Positions 12,001-24,700 of a stretch of 64,000 nucleotides of DNA are shown piece after piece. The position numbers were made by a program, and so were the translations under genes. Position 1 is the first letter of the stretch. Each line of letters starts with the position of its first letter. The notes below the pieces were generated by a model. It was not told where the DNA came from, did no database searches, and saw only the letters and a program-made list of their open reading frames with translations. This DNA comes from Macrostomum lignano (lineage: Eukaryota), in the NCBI GenBank assembly GCA_002269645.1, contig NIVC01000953.1:155302-219301 (forward strand). Reading direction: 5' to 3'.

Positions 12001-15000
12001 TCAGGACTCTTCTTCAATGTCCGAGTCGTCATCGTTTCTCCTGAACTTCTGCACCAGAATATAGATGAACTCAAGCAGCTCAAATGTGCTCACGACGCTG
12101 ATGCCGAGCCAGAGTCCCAGAGTTCCTCCAATCGTAGCGGGATGTCAGTGCGGCCAAAGGAACCGTAGCGGGATGTCAGTGCGGCCAAAGGAACCGTAGC
12201 GGGATGTCAGTGCGGCCAAAGGAACCGTAGCGGGATGTCAGTGCGGCCAAAGGAACCGTAGCGGGATGTCAGTGCGGCCAAAGGAACCGTAGCGGGATGT
12301 CAGTGCGGCCAAAGGAACCGTAGCGGGATGTCAGTGCGCCAAAGGAACCGTAGCGGGATGTCAGTGCGGCCAAAGGAACCGTAGCGGGATGTCAGTGCGG
12401 CCAAAGAAACCGTAGCGGGATGTCAGTGCGGCCAAAGAAACCGTAGCGGGATGTCAGTGCGGCCAAAGAAACCGTAGCGGGATGTCAGTGCGGCCAAAGG
12501 AACCCTAGCGGGATGTCAGTGCGGGATGTCTGAAATGCGAAAATATTGCAACCGGATGCAGCTCTCACCTCCGACAGGGCCTCGGTCCAGTGGTCCTTGT
12601 ACATCTTCGTAAGCATCCGCCGCAGGACTCTGCAAGCTGATGCGGACTGCTGCCAGCTCTTTGGCCAGTTCGCTGCGAGGAACACAAGACGCTGCAGATT
12701 GAACAAATTTTCTTTGATAGTCTTTAACCAAGTTTGGGTCAGTAAAATTTAATTTTCTTAAAACATTGAAATGGCAACCGTCGTGCCCATGAACTAGCAT
12801 ATACAGCTGAATTTCCTGCCTGGTTTCGGTGCTGTTCCGAAAAATGTGATGCACTTTGCCATCCTCGGGCAGGAACTCGACTCCATGTCTGACTTGCGGC
12901 ATCATCAGGTTCTCCCAGATCTCTTGAATGGCGCTGAACGGGGGCCACCTGCGGCTCTGCTGCCAAGGCCGTTGCTGGGTGAAGTGGCACCACATCCGGT
13001 GCTGGAACTCCTTCGCCAGCTCTTGGCTTTGCCTCTGTGCGTGCTCAAACCAGTGATCATGGCAGTCAATTCTCTTCAGCACAGCATCCGATGGGGTGAT
13101 CCACTCCTGCGGTGGAGCGAAGTAGCACAGGTCGCTCGTATTCACCGAGAACGGGAGCAGGTGCGAATAGCAGCCGCAGTTGCTGTGCAGGATGCTCTGC
13201 TGTGCCTCGACTACGAAATCGGAGACGGACTTTGAGTAGGCCTTGGTGACCACGTTCAGCGAGGCGTTGGAGAAGTGCCTGACGTAGTTGATGGTTTCGA
13301 TCGGAGGCTCGGAGCATCTGCGGCTGGGCTTCGACATGAGTCGGTTGTGGATCGGCCTGACCTTGATGGAGGTGCTGGTGGCTGAGGCCACATCCACGAA
13401 CTCGGTCTCTGCGGTTTGGCATGGGTTGATTATGGGCTGTGAGACTGGTTTGGCATGGGTTGTGAGACTGGTTTGGCATGGGCTGTGAGACTGGTTTGGC
13501 ATGGGTTGTGAGACTGGTTTGGCATGGGTTGTGAGACTGGTTTGGCATGGGCTGTGAGACTGGTTTGGCATGGGCTGTGAGACTGGTTTGGCATGGGCTG
13601 TGAGACTGGTTTGGCATGGGTTGTGAGACTGTTTGGCATGGGCTGTGAGACTGGTTTGGCATGGGTTGTGAGACTGTTTGGCATGGGCTGTGAGACTGGT
13701 TTGGCATGGGTTGTGAGACTGGTTTGGCATGGGTTGTGAGACTGGTTTGGCATGGGTTGTGAGACTGGTTTGGCATGGGTTGTGAGACTGGTTTGGCATG
13801 GGCTGTGAGACTGCTTTGGCATGGGCTGTGAGACTGGTTTGGCATGGGTTGTGAGACTGGTTTGGCATGGGTTGTGAGACTGGTTTGGCATGGGCTGTGA
13901 GACTGGTTTGGCATGGGTTGTGAGACTGGTTTGGCATGGGCTGTGAGACTGGTTTGGCATGGGCTGTGAGACTGGTTTGGCATGGGTTGTGAGACTGGTT
14001 TGGCATGGGTTGTGAGACTGGTTTGGCATGGGCTGTGAGACTGGTTTGGCATGGGCTGTGAGACTGGTTTGGCATGGGTTGTGAGACTGTTTGGCATGGG
14101 CTGTGAGACTGGTTTGGCATGGGCTGTGAGACTGGTTTGGCATGGGCTGTGAGACTGGTTTGGCATGGGCTGTGAGACTGGTTTGGCATGGGTTGTGAGA
14201 CTGGTTTGGCATGGGTTGTGAGACTGGTTTGGCATGGGCTGTGAGACTGGTTTGGCATGGGCTGTGAGACTGGTTTGGCATGGGTTGTGAGACTGTTTGG
14301 CATGGGCTGTGAGACTGGTTTGGCATGGGTTGTGAGACTGGTTTGGCATGGGTTGTGAGACTGGTTTGGCATGGGTTGTGAGACTGGTTTGGCATGGGTT
14401 GTGAGACTGGTTTGGCATGGGCTGTGAGACTGGTTTGGCATGGGCTGTGAGACTGGTTTGGCATGGGCTGTGAGACTGGTTTGGCATGGGTTGTGAGACT
14501 GTTTGGCATGGGCTGTGAGACTGGTTTGGCATGGGTTGTGAGACTGGTTTGGCATGGGTTGTGAGACTGGTTTGGCATGGGTTGTGAGACTGGTTTGGCA
14601 TGGGTTGTGAGACTGGTTTGGCATGGGCTGTGAGACTGGTTTGGCATGGGCTGTGAGACTGGTTTGGCATGGGTTGTGAGACTGGTTTGGCATGGGTTGT
14701 GAGACTGGTTTGGCATGGGCTGTGAGACTGGTTTGGCATGGGCTGTGAGACTGGTTTGGCATGGGCTGTGAGACTGGTTTGGCATGGGTTGTGAGACTGG
14801 TTTGGCATGGGTTGTGAGACTGGTTTGGCATGGGCTGTGAGACTGGTTTGGCATGGGCTGTGAGACTGGTTTGGCATGGGTTGTGAGACTGTTTGGCATG
14901 GGTTGTGAGACTGTTTGGCATGGGCTGTGAGACTGGTTTGGCATGGGCTGTGAGACTGTTTGGCATGGGTTGTGAGACTGGTTTGGCATGGGCTGTGAGA

Positions 15001-18000
15001 CTGGTTTGGCATGGGCTGTGAGACTGCTTTGGCATGGGCTGTGAGACTGGTTTGGCATGGGCTGTGAGACTGGTTTGGCATGGGTTGTGAGACTGGTTTG
15101 GCATGGGTTGTGAGACTGGTTTGGCATGGGTTGTGAGACTGCTTTGGCATGGGTTGTGAGACTGGTTTGGCATGGGTTGTGAGACTGGTTTGGCATGGGT
15201 TGTGAGACTGGTTTGGCATGGGTTGTGAGACTGGTTTGGCATGGGTTGTGAGACTGCTTTGGCATGGGTTGTGAGACTGGTTTGGCATGGGCTGTGAGAC
15301 TGCTTTGGCATGGGCTGTGAGACTGGTTTGGCATGGGTTGTGAGACTGGTTTGGCATGGGTTGTGAGACTGGTTTGGCATGGGCTGTGAGACTGCTTTGG
15401 CATGGGCTGTGAGACTGGTTTGGCATGGGCTGTGAGACTGCTTTGGCATGGGTTGTGAGACTGGTTTGGCATGGGTTGTGAGACTGTTTGGCATGGGTTG
15501 TGAGACTGGTTTGGCATGGGCTGTGAGACTGCTTTGGCATGGGCTGTGAGACTGGTTTGGCATGGGCTGTGAGACTGGTTTGGCATGGGCTGTGAGACTG
15601 GTTTGGCATGGGTTGTGAGACTGGTTTGGCATGGGTTGTGAGACTGGTTTGGCATGGGTTGTGAGACTGTTTGGCATGGGCTGTGAGACTGGTTTGGCAT
15701 GGGCTGTGAGACTGGTTTGGCATGGGTTGTGAGACTGTTTGGCATGGGCTGTGAGACTGGTTTGGCATGGGTTGTGAGACTGGTTTGGCATGGGTTGTGA
15801 GACTGGTTTGGCATGGGTTGTGAGACTGGTTTGGCATGGGTTGTGAGACTGGTTTGGCATGGGCTGTGAGACTGGTTTGGCATGGGCTGTGAGACTGGTT
15901 TTGCATGGGTTGTGAGACTGTTTGGCATGGGCTGTGAGACTGGTTTGGCATGGGTTGTGAGACTGGTTTGGCATGGGTTGTGAGACTGGTTTGGCATGGG
16001 TTGTGAGACTGGTTTGGCATGGGTTGTGAGACTGGTTTGGCATGGGCTGTGAGACTGGTTTGGCATGGGTTGTGAGACTGGTTTAGCATGGGTTGTGAGA
16101 CTGTTTGGCATGGGCTGTGAGACTGGTTTGGCATGGGCTGTGAGACTGGTTTGGCATGGGTTGTGAGACTGTTTGGCATGGGCTGTGAGACTGGTTTGGC
16201 ATGGGTTGTGAGACTGGTTTGGCATGGGTTGTGAGACTGGTTTGGCATGGGTTGTGAGACTGGTTTGGCATGGGTTGTGAGACTGGTTTGGCATGGGCTG
16301 TGAGACTGGTTTGGCATGGGCTGTGAGACTGGTTTGGCATGGGCTGTGAGACTGGTTTGGCATGGGTTGTGAGACTGGTTTGGCATGGGCTGTGAGACTG
16401 GTTTGGCATGGGCTGTGAGACTGATTTGGCATGGGTTGTGAGACTGGTTTGGCATGGGCTGTGAGACTGGTTTGGTATGGGCTGTGAGACTGGTTTGGCA
16501 TTGGCTGTGAGACTGGTTTGGCATGGGTTGTGAGACTGTTTGGCATGGGTTGTGAGACTGGTTTGGCATGGGCTGTGAGACTGGTTTGGCATGGGTTGTG
16601 AGACTGGTTTGGCATGGGCTGTGAGACTGGTTTGGTATGGGCTGTGAGACTGGTTTGGCATGGGCTGTGAGACTGGTTTGGCATGGGCTGTGAGACTGGT
16701 TTGGCATGGGCTGTGAGACTGGTTTGGCATGGGTTGTGAGACTGGTTTGGCATGGGCTGTGAGACTGGTTTGGCATGGGTTGTGAGACTGATTTGGCATG
16801 GGTTGTGAGACTGGTTTGGCATGGGTTGTGAGACTGGTTTGGCATGGGTTGTGCATGGGCTATGAGACTGGTTTGGCATGGGTTGTGCATGGCTTGCAAG
16901 ACTTGCTTGGCATGGGTTGTGCATGGGCTATGAGACTGGTTTGGCATGGGTTGTGAGACTGGTTTGGCATGGGTTGAGTATGGGTTGTGAGACTGGTTTG
17001 GCATGGGTTGTGAGACTGGTTTGGCATGGGCTGTGAGACTGGTTTGGCATGGGCTGTGAGACTGGTTTGGCATGGGTTGTGAGACTGGTTTGGCATGGGC
17101 TGTGAGACTGGTTTGGCATGGGCTGTGAGACTGATTTGGCATGGGTTGTGAGACTGGTTTGGCATGGGCTGTGAGACTGGTTTGGTATGGGCTGTGAGAC
17201 TGGTTTGGCATGGGCTGTGAGACTGGTTTGGCATGGGCTGTGAGACTGGTTTGGCATGGGCTGTGAGACTGGTTTGGCATGGGTTGTGAGACTGTTTGGC
17301 ATGGGTTGTGAGACTGGTTTGGCATGGGTTGTGAGACTGTTTGGCATGGGTTGTGAGACTGTTTGGCATGGGTTGTGAGACTGGTTTGGCATGGGCTGTG
17401 AGACTGGTTTGGCATGGGCTGTGAGACTGGTTTGGCATGGGTTGTGAGACTGTTTGGCATGGGCTGTGAGACTGGTTTGGCATGGGCTGTGAGACTGATT
17501 TGGCATGGGTTGTGAGACTGGTTTGGCATGGGCTGTGAGACTGGTTTGGTATGGGCTGTGAGACTGGTTTGGCATGGGCTGTGAGACTGGTTTGGCATGG
17601 GCTGTGAGACTGGTTTGGCATGGGCTGTGAGACTGGTTTGGCATGGGTTGTGAGACTGGTTTGGCATGGGCTGTGAGACTGGTTTGGCATGGGCTGTGAG
17701 ACTGATTTGGCATGGGTTGTGAGACTGGTTTGGCATGGGTTGTGAGACTGGTTTGGCATGGGTTGTGCATGGGCTATGAGACTGGTTTGGCATGGGTTGT
17801 GCATGGCTTGCAAGACTTGCTTGGCATGGGTTGTGCATGGGCTATGAGACTGGTTTGGCATGGGTTGTGAGACTGGTTTGGCATGGGTTGAGTATGGGTT
17901 GTGAGACTGGTTTGGCATGGGTTGTGAGACTGGTTTGGCATGGGCTGTGAGACTGGTTTGGCATGGGCTGTGAGACTGGTTTGGCATGGGTTGTGAGACT

Positions 18001-19399
18001 GGTTTGGCATGGGCTGTGAGACTGGTTTGGCATGGGCTGTGAGACTGATTTGGCATGGGTTGTGAGACTGGTTTGGCATGGGCTGTGAGACTGGTTTGGT
18101 ATGGGCTGTGAGACTGGTTTGGCATGGGCTGTGAGACTGGTTTGGCATGGGTTGAGCATGGCTTGCAAGACTTGTTTGGCATGGGTTGTGCATGGGCTGT
18201 GAGACTGGTTTGGCATGGGTTGAGCATGGCTTGCAAGACTTGTTTGGCATGGGTTGTGCATGGGCTATGAGACTGGTTTGGCATGGGTTGTGCATGGCTT
18301 GCAAGACTTGCTTGGCATGGGTTGTGCATGGGCTATGAGACTGGTTTGGCATGGGTTGTGCATGGGCTATGAGACTTTCGTGGAATGAAGCACTTTCAAC
18401 TAAAACATAAAAACTTATTAAAAGTTTATCTAAATATAAGAAAAAAGATTATTGACACTAAATTAAGCAACTAATTTATTAAGTTTTGGGCTACATTTTG
18501 CTGCAAAAAAAGTCAAATTCGCGGGTAGCGAAGCAAAATAACGCACGACTCATCGGGTAGCTTTTCTCCTCGTGAATGAAAATGCCGAATCCATTGGACT
18601 GCGGCTCGTTGCTCTGCAGCAGCCGGTTGACGGCTTTGCTGCGTGAGAACTTGCGAGAAATGCAGCCGTCGGGCTGGGTATCATGCCAGTCGGGATACTT
18701 CTCGTTGCCATCGGTGAAGAGCACCATGTCCAGCTCGGCTCCCCTGCCCCCAGGACCGCTGGACGACTGCCGTGGGTCCGGGTGGAACGTGTAGCAGTTC
18801 CAGAACCGGCTGGTCTGGACAAGCGAGAAGTTCCTGTGACTGCACGGCTCGCTGTTGTAGCGGCAGCTCAGCAGCATGGTCTCGTCGAGCTGGAAGATGT
18901 CTCTGGTATCGCCCGACACCCACATCACGTCCAGGACCTTCTTGCACACCTTCTCAAGTCGGCTATCATAGCTTTCATCCGATTCTTGCGGGCGCCTCTG
19001 GGTGTCCTCCTTGAACCAGTTGACGAAGTTGCCCCAGAAGTTTTCAAAGTATTGCAACACCTTAAACTTGAACTTCTTATGCTTTAAGTGGAATTCAAAG
19101 AAATCTCCTAAAGTCAGCAAAGATGCAGAAGCGGGCTTGAAGTTGCAGATTGTGATGTCGGGAAACTGGGCTCGTTCGCTCCTCAGCTTCAGCTGCGACT
19201 CAACGGAGCGCTCGGTGAACTTCTGCACCAACTTGGCCAGGTGGACGCTGCAGCCGATCAGGGCAGCTACGAACAGAAGCAGCCAGAAGAGCCGTCTAGC
19301 TGTGCTACTGGACAGAAAGATGTGCAGCAGGCCGTGGGTTCTCGTGATGCCAGCCACCTCCTGGGCGGCACCGGTCACCGTGCGGAGTCGGGCTTGCAT
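12001..19399 (-). CDS. DEG/ENaC family amiloride-sensitive channel, FaNaC-like; exons 19399..18547, 13408..12569, 12125..12001 (605 aa)
   Basis: HG motif (TRTHGLLHIF), TM1, FPDITICN, CRYNSEPC...WNCYTF, NCGC, WPP and TM2 GGTLGLWLGISVVSTFELLEF. Splice sites C|gtgcgt, ccgcag|AG and GAG|gtgaga. Total 1818 nt is in frame. The pre-TM2 segment appears frameshifted (see findings). Confidence 0.88.
12133..12529. repeat. 31-bp minisatellite (CGTAGCGGGATGTCAGTGCGGCCAAAGGAAC) x12 in channel intron 2
   Basis: Period 31 (12133, 12164...). Abuts the TM2 exon directly. Confidence 0.95.
13412..18375. repeat. About 5-kb 23-bp minisatellite (TGTGAGACTGGTTTGGCATGGG[T/C]) filling channel intron 1
   Basis: Directly visible, over 200 copies. 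Source of the giant minus-strand PCQTSLTAHAKPVSQPMPNQSH ORFs. Confidence 0.97.
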
Positions 19400-19878
19400 T
19401 TTCCTCTTCAGCTAATTGTAACTTCAGCTTGTAGATTTCTCAAAGCAGTTGCTAACGAGTTATTTGCTTAGTGCCCAAAGAAATATCGAGCGCTCAAGTC
19501 GAGAACTCTTTCGCCCGGTAGTCCTGTTGCAACAGTGCGAGCTGCGTCCGATCGCTGCCCTAGACTAAGTCCTTCCCGCGACTGTGGTACTTTTGCTACA
19601 TTGCAAAAACACTGAACATTTTTACAATCTGTGGCCTTACACCCAGGGGATACGCAGCCTAAATTGATATACTCGTATGCATATACACATTACTATTGGC
19701 ATAATAATTGAAATAATTGCAATGATATGAGTATACCCTGTAAACCTGTGACAGTGGTAAGCCTGTTTCGAGTCGCATCGTGAAGATAATCCCAGGTAAC
19801 TCCAAGTTTACTTGATAGCACAAAGTACATTTGCATGCGTTTACATTTAAAAACGTTTATAAATGACTCCTTGATCAA

Positions 19879-19949
19879 GCATCGGTGGTTCAGTGGTAGA
19901 ATGCTCGCCTGCCACGCGGGCGGCCCGGGTTCGATTCCCGGCCGATGCA
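19879..19949 (+). tRNA. tRNA-Gly (anticodon GCC)
   Basis: GCATCGGTGGTTCAGTGGTAGAATGCTCGCCTGCCACGCGGGCGGCCCGGGTTCGATTCCCGGCCGATGCA: 71 nt, canonical cloverleaf, A and B boxes. Confidence 0.97.
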
Positions 19950-19951
19950 AC

Positions 19952-19958
19952 TTTTTTT
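19952..19958 (+). terminator. Pol III oligo-T terminator of tRNA-Gly
   Basis: T run immediately after the tRNA. Confidence 0.75.
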
Positions 19959-20725
19959 ACTGTTGTCAGTTTAGACTTTTAATTCAATTATTAAACGCAT
20001 TTCGACTAACTTCAGCCCTAAGAAGCTATAAGACGTTTTGAACTATTAAACTGCTGTTGAAGATGTAGAAGCCTTTCTCAGAAAACTACAAAAATTTTTA
20101 CCGATATGTATCGAAAAAACTAAAAGCAGGCGGTAATTGTTTGTTCTCACGCGGAGTGAGTGCGCTGAAAGCAAAATAGAATATTTGGTTAATTGTCCTC
20201 GTCACTTGGACAGGCTCGAGTTTTTAGGGTATTGTTTATTTCGATAACAAATAAAGAAGACACAGCAGAGATTTTTTTGCTTGAAGAATCGAAATAAAAT
20301 TGGAACTGAAATTGAAATTGACATTAGAAAGTGAAGTGGAGCCTGTGATTGCATCTGAGGTTTATTCAAATTAATAATTTGCGCATCTTAAAAATTAATA
20401 TACAACGGAATTATCAAATTTGATAAATTAGTGAAGCAAGCGAAAAGCCAACAAGACGAGCGGGATAAAAACAGGCTGTAAAGCGGTGAGAGAGTAAAAT
20501 TATCTGAATAATCGATCAAACTACTAACAGTAGTTAAAAACAAAATCGTATAACAGAAATGAAAATTTTTAGAACACTGGTATCCTTCCAGTGTGCTGTT
20601 CTGGTGGAAATAAAAATCTTCTATTAACAGAATGAAACACAAACGAATTTATCAATAACAAACAAGAAAGCGCAATGGTTCACTAGAGTGCGATATAATC
20701 ACGTGTTGGTTAGCTAATGCTAAAT

Positions 20726-21366
20726 CAGGGGTAGGCAAACTCAGGCCCGCAAAGCCTCTCTATCCGGTCCTCGGATCCTTTGAAACTTCACAATAGCAAT
20801 CTGGCCGGCTCAATGCTTATCTCTTCTCAGCTCCCTTCACACGTCTCTCTTCTCTCCTCTCTTATCTTCTCTCCTCATCTCCTCTCTTATCTTCTCTCCT
20901 CATCTCCTCTCTTATCTTCTCTCCTTCTCTCCTCTCTTATCTTCTCTCCTCATCTCCTCTCTTATCTTCTCTCCTTCTCTCCTCTCTTATCTTCTCTCCT
21001 TCTCTCCTCTCTTATCTTCTCTCCTCATCTCCTCTTATCTTCTCTCCTTATCTACTCTCTTATCTTCTCTCCTCATCTCTCTTATCTTCTCTCCTCATCT
21101 CCTCTCTTATCTTCTCTCCTCATCTCCTCTTATCTTCTCTCTTTATCTCCTCTCTTCTCTCCTCTCCTCTTCTCTTCTCTCCTCTCTCCTTTTCTCTTCT
21201 CTCCTCCCCTGTCTCCTCTCTTCTCTCCTCTCCTCTCTTTTCCTTTATTCCCTCGCCTCTCCTTTCTCCTATCTTTCTTCTCAATTCTCTCTTCTTTCTC
21301 CTAGCTCTTCAGTCAGCTTTAGGTTCTCTATTTGGCCCTTGAGGTAAAAATGTTTGCCAACCCTTG
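20726..21366 (+). mobile_element. hAT-like MITE containing an expanded CT-rich microsatellite (20815-21300)
   Basis: TIRs CAGGGGTAGGCAAAC / GTTTGCCAACCCTTG. A related inverted copy sits at 62515-62810. No clean TSD. Confidence 0.65.
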
Positions 21367-21769
21367 TGCACATTTTAGTTGACTTCCAAAAAGTGGTCAG
21401 GCCTATATAAAATTAATGTTTCTAGATTTGCGGAGGGAGAATAACGCGAAATTAAATAACCAATTATTGAACTAATCTAACAAATATTTGATAACATAAA
21501 ACCCAAGGACGATCTAAGGTAAAAGGACGGGAAAACCTGGTTTCTTAGAAAGAAAAGAACATTTTTGAGGGCCGATTTCGCGCTCCAACAATTAAACAAC
21601 GAAACCATTAGCAATTTCAATCTCTTTAAAATATTTTTTTCTGAAACGAGGCTTTCCATCCTTAAACGGTTCATAGTTAGTTATTTTGTCCAACGTAAAA
21701 GACATAATATCCGCAATACGCTACTGACACTTCCAGTCAGAAGTAGAAAGTTACACATTTTTTTGTTAA

Positions 21770-24700
21770 TTATTTCTTATTCTCAACCGCGGCCTGCTGC
21801 TTGTGATGCGACCACAGCGGATCTAGCGAGCTAAACGGATCGTTTGGCACCTGCTCCGGTTTCAAGCGGCTCTCCCGACTAGCTGAGCTGTTGAAATCTT
21901 CGCGTCGGATACGCCGCTTATCCTCGGGCACGGGCTCGATGCGGATGTGCTTGGCATCTAAAGATTGCAGAAAGTCCTTGGCTGGCGAACCGTTGGCTGA
22001 TGCAGCCGGCGCTGCCGATTCGGATTTGGTAGGCGGCTCTGATGCTGGTTAAATTTGGTAAAACCAACTGAGTTAGACTACTTATCAGTAGGCGAGCATT
22101 GAAAAATACTGTCTATTTTGTTTTGGAATAATAAATTTGGTTTAGACTACTAATCAGTAAGCGAGCATTGAAAATAGTCTATTTTGTTTTGGAATAATAA
22201 ATTCGGTTTAGACTACTAATCAGTAGGCGAGCATTGAAAAATACTGTCTATTTTTCTTCAGAATACGAAATTCGGTTTGGAGTATAATTTTTATTGCCCA
22301 TTAAAAACAAATAAATAAGCTCACTTGTGCTATGAGCTGGTGAAGATTTCTCGCTGGCCACTCGGGCAGCCGCCGCCTGAGCAGTGGCCGCCGCAGAAGT
22401 CGACGACTGACGAACTAGGACGCCTTTTTTTCTCAGTAGTATCTGACAGATCTCGTGAAAGTTTGAATACAATTGCTGCAATTGCTGAGGGTCGGCCAGA
22501 ACGCAAGGCCGCTGATTGGCCAGTGAGGCGGCAATCTCAGCTAGCGGCGGCATCTTGCCATCGAGTTTGAGCTGGTGCCGGGCGGCCAGTAAGGCGCCAA
22601 AAAGGCCGCACTTGGCAGAGCCATCCGGACAGACCAGGCAGACTGGGCGAAGCGGCGAGCGCTGATCGCTGAGCACCTGGCAGGCTCGCTCGATTGCCGA
22701 CGGGTAGTCCGAGTGGACCTTTAAAGTAGTGTAATCAGCGTTTCTACTGATTTTTTGGCTGATTGTGGAATAGAGCTAATTAGCACTTGCAGCTATAATA
22801 GATTATTTATACTGACTTAGGGTAAGACTATTGGGGCAATTCTGTGTCGATTATTGGGGGAATTATGAGATGATTCTTGGGGGAATGATGGATGATTCTT
22901 GGGGGAATTATGGATGATTCTTGGGGGGATGATGGATGATTCTTGGGGGAATTATGGATAATTCTTGGGGAAATTATGGATGATTCTTGGGGGAATTATG
23001 GATAATTCTTGGGGGGATGATGGATGATTCTTGGGGGAATTATGGATGATTCTTGGGGGAATTATGGATGATTCTTGGGGGAATTATGGATGATTCTTGG
23101 GGGAATTATAGATAATTCTTGGGGGAATTATGGATGATTCTTGGGGGAATTATGGATGATTCTTGGGGGAATTATGGATGATTCTTGGGGGAATTATGGA
23201 TGATTCTTGGGGGAATTACGGATAATTCTTGGGGAAATTATGGATGATTCTTGGGGAAATTATGGATGATTCTTGGGGGAATTATGGATGATTCTTGGGG
23301 AAATTATGGATGATTCTTGGGGGAATTATGGATGATTCTTGGGGAAATTATGGATGATTCTTGGGGGAATTATGGATGATTCTTGGGGAAATTATGGATG
23401 ATTCTTGGGGGAATGATGGGTAATTCTTGGGGGAAGTATGGATAATTCTTGGGGGAATGATGGATAATTCTTGGGGGAAGTATGGATGATTCTTGGGGGA
23501 AGTATGGATAATTCTTGGGGGAATGATGGATGATTCTTGGGGGAATTATGGATGATTCTTGGGGGAATTATGGATGATTCTTGGGGGAATTATGGATGAT
23601 TCTTGGGGAAAGTATGGATGATTCTTGGGGGAATTATGGATGATTCTTGGGGGAAATTATGGATGATTCTTGGGGGAATGATGGGTAATTCTTGGGGGAA
23701 GTATGGATAATTCTTGGGGGAATGATGGATAATTCTTGGGGAAGTATGGATGATTCTTGGGGAAGTATGGATAATTCTTGGGGGAATGATGGATGATTCT
23801 TGGGGGAATTATGGATGATTCTTGGGGGAATTATGGATGATTCTTGAGGGAATTATGGATGATTCTTGGGGGAATGATGGATGATTCTTGGGGGAATTAT
23901 GGATAATTCTAGGGGAAATTACGGATGATTCTTGGGGAATTATGGATAATTCTTGGGGAAATTATGGATAATTCTTGGAGGAATTATGGATGATTCTTGG
24001 GGAAATTATGGATGATTCTTGGGGAAATTATGGATGATTCTTGGGGAAATTATGGATGATTCTTGGGGGAATTATGGATGATTCTTGGGAGAATTATGGA
24101 TAATTCTTGGGGAATTTATGGATGATTCTTGGGGGAATTATGGATGATTCTTGGGGGAATTATGGATGATTCTTGGGGGAATTATGGATAATTCTTGGGG
24201 AAATTATGGATGATTCTTGGGGGAATTATGGATGATTCTTGGGGGAATTATGGATGATTCTTGGGGGAATTATGGATAATTCTTGGGGAAATTATGGATA
24301 ATTCTTGGGGAAATTATGGATAATTCTTGGGGGAATTATGGATGATTCTTGGGGAAATTATGGATGATTCTTGGGGAAATTATGGATGATTCTTGGGAAA
24401 TTATGGATGATTCTTGGGGAATTATGGATGATTCTTGGGGAATTATGGATGATTCTTGGGGAAATTATGGATGATTCTTGGGGAAATTATGGATGATTCT
24501 TGGGGGAATTATGGATAATTCTTGGGGAAATTATGGATGATTCTTGGGGAAATTATGGATAATTCTTGGGGGAATTATGGATGATTCTTGGGGAAATTAT
24601 GGATGATTCTTGGGGAAATTATGGATGATTCTTGGGGAATTATGGATGATTCTTGGGGGAATTATGGATGATTCTTGGGGGAATTATGGATGATTCTTGG

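Noticed and set aside
6105-12529. CRISPR-like appearance of 31-35 bp repeats
   Set aside because: Units are head-to-tail with no unique spacers, the context is eukaryotic, and there are no cas genes.
12740-13000. OTU-like reading of LVHGHDGCHFNVL
   Set aside because: The segment lies in frame within the DEG/ENaC extracellular domain.
12516-18352. Giant 1100-1600 aa minus-strand ORFs
   Set aside because: All three frames are open because the 23-bp unit lacks stops on that strand. The array is channel intron 1; only 13408-12569 is a real exon.
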